NCBI GenBank assembly: GCA_963724765.1
Contig: CAVRVY010000003.1
Coordinates: 1,606,247 to 1,670,246, forward strand
Direction: 5' to 3'
Origin: an uncultured delta proteobacterium
Lineage (GTDB): Bacteria; Desulfobacterota; Binatia; Binatales; Binataceae
Length of the DNA stretch: 64,000 nt
The notes beneath the pieces were generated by a model, which saw only the letters and a program-made list of their open reading frames with translations, ran no database searches and had not been told where the DNA came from. A program made the position numbers and the translations under genes. Each line of letters begins with the position of its first letter. The first letter of the stretch is position 1. This document shows positions 39,044-48,700 of this stretch, piece after piece.

Positions 39044-40249
39044 TTAGTAGGCCCAATAAGGTCCAGGACCGGCAGACGTCTGTTCGCCTTCGATCGCGAC
39101 GAAAACCTTTCGCCCAAGAAAAAACGGCACACCCCAGTCGAAGGCACCTGAATTATGGCCACCAAGATCGCTAAAGGCGGCGTTGTCAGTCGAAAAGAGT
39201 TGTTCGGCATTGGCGATGCTGAATGCCACCGTTCCAGAAGTGCCATTCTGTCCCACGTTTTGGGCCGATAGGCTCACGGTCTTTGAAGGGCAATAGAAAG
39301 CGGCATCGCTGTCGCTGCACTGGGTGATGCCGGTGACGCTTGAGCTGAGGAAGAAGAGCCCATTGGAGCCGCTGTCGATAAAGCTCGATGGATAAGAAGT
39401 GCCAGCATACACGGTAGTGAAGTTGCCGAGATCGTCAGTAGTGTAAACCTGCGCGCCACCCAAACCGTTATTGGATTGCGTCCCAACTCCGAAAATCAGT
39501 GAGCCCGAGGCCGTTGATGCCCCTTCCGCACCAACCGTGGGAAGTTGGATCAGCACGCCGTTGTTGTCCGCGGGAAAACTGGGAACGGGATTCTGTACCT
39601 GGTCCTGCAGACTTTCTGTAGTTGCGACGCATCCGGCCGATGAGCACGAATAGTAAAAGTCAGGATTGGAGGCGCCGCTGCTTGCGCACGCGCTGCCGCA
39701 GTCCTGAACGAACATCCCTATTCCCAAAAGCCCATTTGCGCCGAGACTATTAATCGTATCCGCCGGCGGAAGACCGCTCTGCGTGCATCCAGCCGGGGGG
39801 CCGGGAAAGTTCGAGGCTCCAATCAGCTGCACCGGCACATTGCTCGCGCTCTCGCCCGCCATAGCGACGTTCGCGTTTGCAACCGGTCCCCAGATGAACG
39901 AATTGACGAACGGGGCGCATTCCGCAATTGAATTGCCGTTCGGGCTGATCTGGCCGGGAAGCGGAAGGGTCACGGCTGAGGCCAGAATGCGCAGTCCAAC
40001 AGAGCCGGTGTCCACCAGAATGTCGTTGATCGTCTGGCAATCCGACGTGCCTGGAACGCATACGGTCACCGAAGTGAACAATCCGTTGGCATAATTTCCT
40101 TCAGGGCCTGGATTCACGCTTACCGGTTGAACATTGTTGGCGGCCGCGGCCGTCAACGAAGCACTCGGTGAGGAAGGGCTATCACCGCCACCGCAGGCAC
40201 CCAAAAGTCCCGCGAGACAGAACAGCCCTATTAGCCACCATGGCCTCAT
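39044..40249 (-). CDS. DUF3443 lipoprotein (pepsin-like aspartic protease motifs)
   Basis: Lipobox LLGAC; TVCVPG, VDTGSVGLR, IDSGSNG, FDWGVPFFLGR. Confidence 0.9.
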   Translation of the reverse strand: MRPWWLIGLFCLAGLLGACGGGDSPSSPSASLTAAAANNVQPVSVNPGPEGNYANGLFTSVTVCVPGTSDCQTINDILVDTGSVGLRILASAVTLPLPGQISPNGNSIAECAPFVNSFIWGPVANANVAMAGESASNVPVQLIGASNFPGPPAGCTQSGLPPADTINSLGANGLLGIGMFVQDCGSACASSGASNPDFYYSCSSAGCVATTESLQDQVQNPVPSFPADNNGVLIQLPTVGAEGASTASGSLIFGVGTQSNNGLGGAQVYTTDDLGNFTTVYAGTSYPSSFIDSGSNGLFFLSSSVTGITQCSDSDAAFYCPSKTVSLSAQNVGQNGTSGTVAFSIANAEQLFSTDNAAFSDLGGHNSGAFDWGVPFFLGRKVFVAIEGEQTSAGPGPYWAY

Positions 40250-40809
40250 TGAATTTCATCCGTGCTGACGCTCGGCGGCAGCAGGGCGGGAAGATAGGCG
40301 CGGCCTCGCAGGTCGCGCATGTGACCACTGGTCTCGACCACGAGGTTTTCGGTCTGGACGAGAAGATGGCCGCGCTGCGCGTGCGGCGCGGCGGCCGCAG
40401 TCTGGTACTCGGCAAAGTATGAACCCAAGAGCTGGGACAGATCAGGGGGACGCGGGCCGCGCCATGAGACCGCGAAAACTGTCCCATTTGGCGAGAGGTA
40501 CTCCTTCACTGTCACACCGGTCGGGATCGAAATCTGTTCAACCGTGTAAGCGAGATTGGAGGGCGCGGGCGTTTGTTCGTGCAGGGCCTGTCCTCCTGTC
40601 GACAATTGCGTCTGATTGGACATCCGAAGCTGGCCGCCAAGGGCCTGCTGGTCGGCGGCTATTGACTGGGTCGACCCACCCAGCGTGGCCATCGCGATGC
40701 TCGGCGCTTGAAAAACGATCATTGCGCTTAGTGCCAAAACCGCCCTTACAAGGGGCACGCGGGACGATTCCAAAAAGTCAGCAACAACCGTGGCTAACGA
40801 TGCGCTCAT
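40246..40809 (-). CDS. DUF2844 secreted protein
   Basis: ATLGG, VKEY, VFAVSWRGP..PDLSQLLG, SGHMR..GRAYLP; ATGA overlap with DUF3443. Confidence 0.9.
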   Translation of the reverse strand: MSASLATVVADFLESSRVPLVRAVLALSAMIVFQAPSIAMATLGGSTQSIAADQQALGGQLRMSNQTQLSTGGQALHEQTPAPSNLAYTVEQISIPTGVTVKEYLSPNGTVFAVSWRGPRPPDLSQLLGSYFAEYQTAAAAPHAQRGHLLVQTENLVVETSGHMRDLRGRAYLPALLPPSVSTDEIQ

Positions 40810-41098
40810 ATAGTGTTCTTAGCTCGTCGCGACGACGGGATTCTTCTGCGTCTCAACAAATTCGCCGGAGTCAACCGCCATCTCATCGGTAAACTCACCC
40901 GCCTCTAATGCACGCATGCCAAAAAACGCGGCGCGGCCGAAAGCGAGTCGATTTCATGATCCACGCACGGCGCTCCGTAACGCATACCCGATCGCGAGGA
41001 CTTGGCGCGCCCGGGTTGAGGAAAGCGAGTGTCCGGTCAATTCGCGGCCGGATTGCAATTTGTGGACAATCCGAAGCGAGAAACTTAATGTTAACCAG

Positions 41099-41467
41099 CT
41101 ACTCGGGCACGTGCGGCTGCTCCTCAGCCGTGTAGCACACGAACGTCCTGGTTTGCGGAAGAGCCGCGTCACTCGCCGGGTAACAGGCAAAATGCGCGTT
41201 CAGATCGCTTTCATAAGAAGGCGCTTTTTGCTTGCCAGCAAATTTCCCTATAAAAGGTGCGACGTCCCGCTCAACAGTCACAGCGTTATTGGGCTGAGCC
41301 GAATTCTGCTGCTGACGTTTTGAGCCCCCGCCGCCCAAAAGCTGTCCCAGAGCTCCAAGTCCCTGAGCAACGGATTGACCAGAGCTCGCGATCAGGAAAA
41401 CCACGATGCCAATCGTTGCGACTGCGCCGGCTCTCTTTAACCTGCTATTGTTTATTTTGCCTGCGAT
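41099..41467 (-). CDS. Small secreted hypothetical protein (start uncertain: GTG 41404 or ATC 41467)
   Basis: Open frame with signal-peptide-like KRAGAVATIGIVVFLIA, two Cys near the C-terminus, SD GAGGAGG before 41467. Confidence 0.55.
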   Translation of the reverse strand: MAGKINNSRLKRAGAVATIGIVVFLIASSGQSVAQGLGALGQLLGGGGSKRQQQNSAQPNNAVTVERDVAPFIGKFAGKQKAPSYESDLNAHFACYPASDAALPQTRTFVCYTAEEQPHVPE

Positions 41468-41764
41468 CTCGGTATCCTCCTCGCTTGTGTCACTAAGACG
41501 AAAATGACGGTCGACGGTTACATTCGACCAATAAAATCCATCGATAATACTGCTCTTTCGTGAAAAGCCATGCCCCTGCGCGTCGGCGAGCCGATCGATC
41601 TTGAGGCGCGGCTTGGACCTGACGATGATGCAAACGCTGCTACATGAAATATGTCACATCGCCCTGTCGTTCCCACGGCCGGAGATTTCAGGATAAGCTG
41701 GCGAGACTAGGGATTTAGGCGCACCGCTCGGAGGGAGTGACTCAACCTCAGCTCTTTTAGGAAA

Positions 41765-42124
41765 ATGAGAACACGCGTCAACCCACCTCAGGAACGCTCT
41801 ATTACCTTAACTGTCTTGATTGGCTCGTATATTCTAGTGATGCTCGTGGGGGTATGCATAGCTGTAGGCGGAATTGCAAGCCATCTTGACCTTTCTCTCT
41901 CGATCACGGGATTCAAAATTTCGACGAGCAATGTTGGCCTTGCCCTGGTGGCATTGGGAGGTTTTTTGGCTGGGACCGTCGCGCTTAAATTGCCCAAGGG
42001 AGTGCGGGTGTTTGCGCCGGGTAGCAAGCCCTCCCGGAAGGAAGAATTTGCGCGCAAAGCAGGACTGCCGCTCTTTGCCATTGGCCTCGTGGCACTTGCT
42101 CTAATTCTATTGCGACCCAAGTGA
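41765..42124 (+). CDS. Hypothetical 3-TM membrane protein
   Basis: Three hydrophobic segments; stop overlaps the next start (GTGA). Confidence 0.7.
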   Translation: MRTRVNPPQERSITLTVLIGSYILVMLVGVCIAVGGIASHLDLSLSITGFKISTSNVGLALVALGGFLAGTVALKLPKGVRVFAPGSKPSRKEEFARKAGLPLFAIGLVALALILLRPK

Positions 42125-43998
42125 ATGCATTAAATCCGACTGCGAGGTCGGTTAGAGTCCTTTCGGCTCCCCGCCGCGACGCAGGCGGGCTTTTACCCCT
42201 ATTTAAGGATCCCGTCACAGGTATCTATTACTGTCCAAAATTTCCTGACGAACAAAATTGTGTGAGACTTGGGGCTAACCAAGCCGCGAAAATGGCTCTC
42301 GCCTATCGCAAGCTCTCCAACCAGCAGGTTGATGAGTTTTTGAAGGGGGTCTGGAACTCTACGAAGTCAGGCCGTGCAGTCGAAATCGAAAGGGAGCGTC
42401 TCACATATTGGCGGAGCCTTCCGCCTGCTGAATTTCAGGAAGCGTTGAAAAAGCTTTCGAACGCTGAAACGGCTACTGTGCTCCCCGCGTCCAGGCCCAT
42501 AGCGATAGTTGATAGCGGCTTCATGATGGATCATCCCTTCTTGCAGAGTTGCGTGGATACTGACAACTCGATTGATTTCACGGGAGAGGGTCTCGAAGAC
42601 CTTAATGGTCACGGCACGATGTGCGCCCTGAGGACCACAATGGGCGGAACATTGAAGTTGCGACTCTTGAACGTAAAGATTATTGGGGCCGACGGTTCGG
42701 GATCTGTCGGACAGTTTTTGAACGCTCTCGAATGGCTCACGAAGTATAAAAACACCCATCCCACCGAGGAACTCTACATCAGTCTGAGCGTCGGGGTTTA
42801 CTCAAAAAGATGGGGATTCTTGCCGTGTCGCGGGGACTGTGCCCTCTGTTCCGCCGCGCTTCAGCTAGCAGACGCGGGAGCCATGCTTTTCGTAGCCGCC
42901 GGAAACATTTCGGGAAAAACAGCCTGCCCGGCGGTAACCGCTGTCGTCCGCAAACACCCTAACATGGTCGCGCTTGCCGCTGACTTCTATCCCGATAGTG
43001 GCATAGGTACTTACACTGCTCCGACGACCACTGCATTCACCACGCGGCCGATTGTTAATACTCGGAGTAACGAGGCTCTGAGAAAGTTGGTGGAACGCAT
43101 CAATGCCGACCCGACACAGGTCGCGCTGCACTTGACCCTGTTGAAGTTACTGGAGACGAAGACATTTCCAGCTTCGGACGAAACTATCTATGGAGAACTC
43201 AAAGCATCCCATCCCAACATCGCGGAAATCCATTATTTCTTTGGCCGCTCGCTGCTTTCGGACGAGAAGATTCAAGCCGCGGAAAGGGAATTCCGTCAGG
43301 CGATTCGCCTGAAACCCGACCACCCTGACGCCCACCACTTCCTGGCGATCGCTCTTGCTAAGCAGCAACGGCTCGAAGAGAGCGAGGCGGAATTTCTGAA
43401 AGCGATTCGGCTTGATTCTGAGAACGCGCAATTCCGCTACAGCCTTGGGGTTCTCTATTCCACGCAAGGAAGAATCGATGAGGAAGAAGGAGCCTACCGA
43501 GAAGCAATCCACCGTGACCCAAACTACGCCGAATCTCACTACAACCTGGGCGTACTCTTAGGCGATCGTCGTTTATATAGCGAGGCTGCAAAAGAATATC
43601 GGGAGGCGATTCGCTGCAATCCAAACCATGATTCCGCCCACTACAACCTCGGACGGATCCTCGCCCAACAAAAGAGTTACGAAGCCGCAGAGCGAGAGTT
43701 TCGCGCCTGCTTGGCCATTAAACCGGGAACTGCGGCACGTCATTGTGATCTGGGGGTGGTTTGCGAACAACAAGGAAAGGTCCAGGAGGCGGAGGAGCAA
43801 TACCGTGAAGCAATCCACTGCGATCCTGATTTTCCCCAATCGCATCACAACCTGGGCGGACTTTTCCTGGATCGTCGCCAGTATCGCGAAGCCGCGCAGG
43901 AGTATAAGGAAGCGATCCGCTGCAAGCCCGACTACGCTTCCGCTCTTAAAAACCTGGAGCTGGCGCTCCGCCGACAAAGAGAAGATCCAGGCGGCTGA
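42121..43998 (+). CDS. Subtilase (S8)-like domain fused to a TPR array
   Basis: IAIVDSG, DLNGHGT, ISLSVG, VAAGN; about seven regular 34-aa TPRs (AHYNLG / SHYNLG / YREAI). Confidence 0.85.
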   Translation: MNALNPTARSVRVLSAPRRDAGGLLPLFKDPVTGIYYCPKFPDEQNCVRLGANQAAKMALAYRKLSNQQVDEFLKGVWNSTKSGRAVEIERERLTYWRSLPPAEFQEALKKLSNAETATVLPASRPIAIVDSGFMMDHPFLQSCVDTDNSIDFTGEGLEDLNGHGTMCALRTTMGGTLKLRLLNVKIIGADGSGSVGQFLNALEWLTKYKNTHPTEELYISLSVGVYSKRWGFLPCRGDCALCSAALQLADAGAMLFVAAGNISGKTACPAVTAVVRKHPNMVALAADFYPDSGIGTYTAPTTTAFTTRPIVNTRSNEALRKLVERINADPTQVALHLTLLKLLETKTFPASDETIYGELKASHPNIAEIHYFFGRSLLSDEKIQAAEREFRQAIRLKPDHPDAHHFLAIALAKQQRLEESEAEFLKAIRLDSENAQFRYSLGVLYSTQGRIDEEEGAYREAIHRDPNYAESHYNLGVLLGDRRLYSEAAKEYREAIRCNPNHDSAHYNLGRILAQQKSYEAAEREFRACLAIKPGTAARHCDLGVVCEQQGKVQEAEEQYREAIHCDPDFPQSHHNLGGLFLDRRQYREAAQEYKEAIRCKPDYASALKNLELALRRQREDPGG

Positions 43999-44185
43999 CT
44001 TTCGAAGTTTCGGACTTTAAGGACCTTGTTCTCTCGGCTGACCGAGGTCGATAGGCCGACGGCATCCTGGCACGTGATCCTCCCCATGGCGCCGGCGCAC
44101 GAAAACAGGTTGTGGGGGCCCTTGATACCGGTGTTGGCCCGAGCCACTGTGCCACGGAGAGGCGTCGCCGCCGCACGGCCTATAT

Positions 44186-44764
44186 TTAGATTCCCGCCCG
44201 CTTGCGCCGCGACGGTCCCTCAGCCCGATCCGCTGCGGCTCGCGTATTTCGTCGGTTTGTCGTCAGGACCACCTGTAGGATAGGTCCAGCACCGGTTCCG
44301 TTGGTAGGTATTGAGGCCATCCGTTCCGAGGTTTTCAAGTGGACACGGTGTCCACTTGATCTGTCGCCACCGTGCGGACGCTTTTCAGCCTCATACAGCT
44401 TGCCGATGCTTGAAAAGTTCGGAGTCGTCCTGCTTGTTAACCGGCCCTCTGCTTGCGGGACCGTCGGCTCCGAGACCGGGAATTCCGCGATTTTCCTTGT
44501 GCGATCCTCGTCATCCCTCGGCAGACGACTGCCAGTACATGGCTCTCTCAGCCAGCGGTTTGTAATCTCGTTTTCAAGCCGATGAAAGCTTATTGCCGAG
44601 GCGAAGACGGCGTAACGATCGCCTGAAGACAGATCCGCGATGAAATCGCGCCCGCATTGCACGCAGTGCCGGTGTAGTACAACCTTACCGAAGTCGATAC
44701 AGAGTCGCCGAGGTTGCGATTCGGTCCACCGGTGATCATTCCAATGCGCATCGTTGGCGTTCAT
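44186..44764 (-). CDS. Hypothetical protein with an HRHCxxC motif
   Basis: 192-aa ORF, ATG preceded by GGAAGGGGAG, LHRHCVQCGRDF. Confidence 0.55.
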   Translation of the reverse strand: MNANDAHWNDHRWTESQPRRLCIDFGKVVLHRHCVQCGRDFIADLSSGDRYAVFASAISFHRLENEITNRWLREPCTGSRLPRDDEDRTRKIAEFPVSEPTVPQAEGRLTSRTTPNFSSIGKLYEAEKRPHGGDRSSGHRVHLKTSERMASIPTNGTGAGPILQVVLTTNRRNTRAAADRAEGPSRRKRAGI

Positions 44765-45121
44765 ATCGGCGCTCCCCTTCCAATTTGACGATGTAGCTTA
44801 GATAAGACTAATAAAGAGAATCGCGTCACTTTGCAAGAGCCTTAAGGTGGGTTATGCCGAAATTGTCGCGTAAAAGCTCTTAATCTGGTGGACGCTGCCT
44901 CGCGTTGCGGATTATTCACGTTCCCGCATCTCAACACGCAAGCCATCCTCTTCCTCATCTCGGCGGCTGAGGTCCAGGTGGCGAAGATCGAGCAGCGATG
45001 ACGGAAGCTCTCCGTTCCCACTGCCATGAGTGGGCGCCGGCCGCGTCGCGCGTCTTGGTGAGTGACGCGCGATCCGAACCTCGCGCCCTTCAGATTAGGA
45101 TCTCGAGCAGGGCGAACGCCG

Positions 45122-45190
45122 ATGAGAGAGAGCCGATTTACCGCGGATCAGATCGCGTTCGCGCTGAAGGAGGCGCAGACGGGGATCCCG
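45122..45190 (+). pseudogene. IS3-family OrfA N-terminal remnant
   Basis: MRESRFTADQIAFALKEAQTG resembles the typical MRKSRFTEEQI..ALKQAE.G start. Confidence 0.65.
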
Positions 45191-45478
45191 AAAGTGACGG
45201 TCCCACCACCGTTGAAGCTTGATTCACCTGATGATGTCTCAGCCACGATGCCGTCCTCGGGAGTCGACTGCGCCGCCTTTCCGACTTTCATCACTTGTGC
45301 CTTATAGTATCCTTCCAAGCCCACTAAGGAGGACCGAGCCTTTTGAGCTATCGAATCTCGATCCGGTCGGGCAATATTCAGTGCCTCACCGCAAGATACG
45401 TGCGATTGAATTGCGCAGGGGCAGCGAGAATTGCATCGATCTCTTGTCTGACCAACGGCTCTTCGGCGTAACAAAGAT

Positions 45479-45691
45479 ATGAGCGGTCATCATGTAAGTC
45501 TCGACCTTCCGTGGTACGAAACCCGGATCCTCAACTGCTCGTTCTGCGGCAAGATGGTCGCGGTGCAGTATTGGCGCGACGATTCGTTTCCCGCGGAGAA
45601 GTTTTGCGAGCCTGCGTGCGCCGACGTGAAGCGCCGCCTGTCATCCGAGTTGGCAAACTCGAATCACAACCCCCGCAAACGAAAGACCTGA
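45479..45691 (+). CDS. Small zinc-finger protein (CxxC...CxxxC)
   Basis: CSFCGK..KFCEPAC; stop 12 bp before the hydantoinase gene. Confidence 0.7.
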   Translation: MSGHHVSLDLPWYETRILNCSFCGKMVAVQYWRDDSFPAEKFCEPACADVKRRLSSELANSNHNPRKRKT

Positions 45692-45703
45692 GGAAGGCTA
45701 ATC

Positions 45704-48700
45704 ATGCTGCGCATCGGTATCGACACCGGAGGCACTTTCACCGATTTCGTCGCGTTCGAAGCGTCCAGCGGAAGTGTCTCTATCGTCAAGGTTCCCTCGA
45801 CGCCCATGCAGCCGGCGGACGCGCCGATCGCCGCGATTCGCCAGTCCAGCGTCGCACGTGGTGACGTCGAACGCATCGTGATCGGGACGACACTCGCCAC
45901 CAACGCGCGGCTGCAAAAGCGCGGCGCAACCGTGCTCTACATCGGCACCGGCGGCGTCGAGGACGTACCGATCATCGCCCGCACAGATCGCAAGGAAGCG
46001 TACAATCCTGCGTGGCCCAAGCCGGACTCGGGAGTAAAGCGCCGGCACATCTTTGGCATTGCCGAGCGTTTGGACCACAAGGGCGGCGTTCTTGTGCCAT
46101 TGAAACAAAGCGAACTGCATCGCGTCGGCAAGTGGGTGGCAGGCTGGCTGAAAGCCGAGCCCGCGACCGACTGGGCGATTGCCGTGAACCTCCTGTTCTC
46201 CTACGTGAACCCGGTCCACGAGCGGGAGATCGGCGATTACCTGTCCAAGCGCTTTCCCGATCTGCCGATCTCCTTGTCGCATGAGGTTGCGCCGATCTGG
46301 CGCGAGTATGAGCGCGCCACGACGGTCATCACCGACGCGTTTGTCAAACGCACCATCACGCAGTTCAGCGGCCGCCTTGCGAGCGAGGTAAAAAAGCTCG
46401 GTATCAAGGCGCCGCTTTCTTTGATGAAGTCCAACGGCGGCAACGCTGCCGCCAAGTCTGCCAGCGTGGCTCCCGTGCAATTACTGCTCTCCGGGCTTGC
46501 CGGCGGAGTAATCGCGGGTCGGCGCTTCGCGCGTGATCATGCCGGCGGCAACGGCGTAACGCTCGACATGGGAGGCACCAGCGCCGATGTAGGGCTGATC
46601 GCCAACGGCGACTTCGGTTCCACCACCGAGTACGAACTGGAATGGGGCGTGCCGGTGAGCGCGCTTTTTATCGACTATACGACCATCGGTGCCGGCGGCG
46701 GTTCTATCGCTTATGTCGACAGTGGCGGCCTTTTGCGCGTCGGCCCAAAGAGCGCCGGCGCCGAGCCCGGGCCCGCCTGCTACGGAGGCGGCGGCACCGA
46801 GCCGACCGTTACCGACGCGAACGTCGTGCTGGGGCGTATCGATCCCGGTTTCTTCCTCGGCGGCAAGATGCCGCTAGACGCCGCGCTCGCCCGCCGCGCG
46901 ATAGAAGGTCTGGCGACCACGCTGGGGCTTTCGGTCGAGGAGACCGCGATCGCGATCCTCAACTCGACCGCCGCCAATATGGCCAACGCGACGCGACTCC
47001 TGACCGTCGACCGTGGCCTCGACGCGCGTGATTTCGCGCTCATCAGTTTCGGCGGCGCCGGACCGCTGCACGCGGTCGATGTCGCGCAGCAGCTCGGCAT
47101 AACGAAAGTCGTCGTGCCGCCGCATCCCGGTCTTTGCTCCGCGCTTGGCACGCTTCTGACCGATCTTCGGGCCGACCGCGCGCGAACCGTGATGCACCGC
47201 TCGGATCGGATGGACCTCAAGCGTCTTGCTGCGGAGCTCAAAGAGGTTGCGCGCGAAGCGCTCGCCGAACTCAAACGCGATGGGCTCAAGGGAGCGCCGG
47301 CACTGGCCGGTTATCTCAGCATGCGTTATCTCGGCCAGAACTTCGGCGAGCTGATCAAGTTGAGTTCGCTCGAGATGAACCAGGCCACCTTCGACCGCGC
47401 GATCGAAGACATGCATCGGCGCCATGAAGAACTGTATGGATACTCGATGCGCGATCGGGTGATCGAGATCACCGAGGTACGCGTGGTCGCGATTGGCGAA
47501 GAGACGGTTTCCGCGCAACTGCTCGCGCCGGCGGGCGGCAAGGCCGAGCGGCACGCGACGCGCGCTATCTGTTTCGCCGGCGCAGGCTACCTCGAGACAC
47601 CCGTCTACAGGCGCATCGAACTGCCCGAGGGCACACGGCTCGATGGCCCCGCTCTTGTCGAAGAGATGGACTCAACCACGCTGCTCCATCCCGGCGACAG
47701 CGCCGAGGTGCGCGCCGACGGCTCGCTGGTGATCCAGGTGGCTGAGAAGACGAACGTAGCCGCGCATTCGCGAGACTCCGCTAAGATCCGGATCGTGCCC
47801 GAGCACGACCCGACGACGCTTACCGTAGTCAACAACGCGCTGCGCAACATCTGCGACGAGATGGGCAGCGCGATGGTTCGCACGGCTTATTCGCCGATTT
47901 TCAGCGAATCGCGGGATTTCTCGTGCCTGCTGTTCGATCGCAACGCGCGCATGATCGGTCAGGCCGAGATGAACCCGGCGATCATGTGCGCGGGCCTCCA
48001 TACAGTGCCGCACTGTGTAGCCGAGATTGGCGCGGGGGACTTTGCACCCGGCGACGTCGTCGTCCACAATGACCCCTATCGCGGCCAATGCCATATGCCC
48101 GAACATTTGCTGCTCAAGCCGGTGTTTATCGACGGCAAGCTGATCGGCTACGCCGGCAACATCGCGCATATCGGTGAGATCGGCGGGATGGCCGTCGGTT
48201 CGTTCGCTGCTACTGCGACCGAGGTGTTTCAGGAAGGCTTGCGATTGCCGCCCATCAAGCTCATGGCGCGAGGCGAATATCGCAAGGACGTATGGCGCAT
48301 CGTGATGGCCAACCATCGGACCCCCGATGCCACCTGGGGCGACTTTCACGCCATCATGGGCTCGCTGACGACCGCCGAGCGGCGGTTACAGGAGCTCGTC
48401 TCACGTTATGGGCTCGACGACTTCGAGCGGATTTGCCAGGCGCTGATCGATCATGCCGAAGCGTGGATGCGCAGCCAGATCAGAAAGATCCCCAACGGCG
48501 TCTATGAGTTCGAAGATTATTTCGAAGACGACGGCGTCGTTCGCAAGCGGTACTATTTTCGTTGCAAAGTGCATGTGATGGACGAGGAGATCGTCGTCGA
48601 CCTCTCCGCGTCCGACAAGCAGGCGCTCGGGCCGATCAACGTGACTTACGTAGCGACCGCTGCCGCCTGCTGCACCGCGATCCTGCAGAGCATCGGCACC

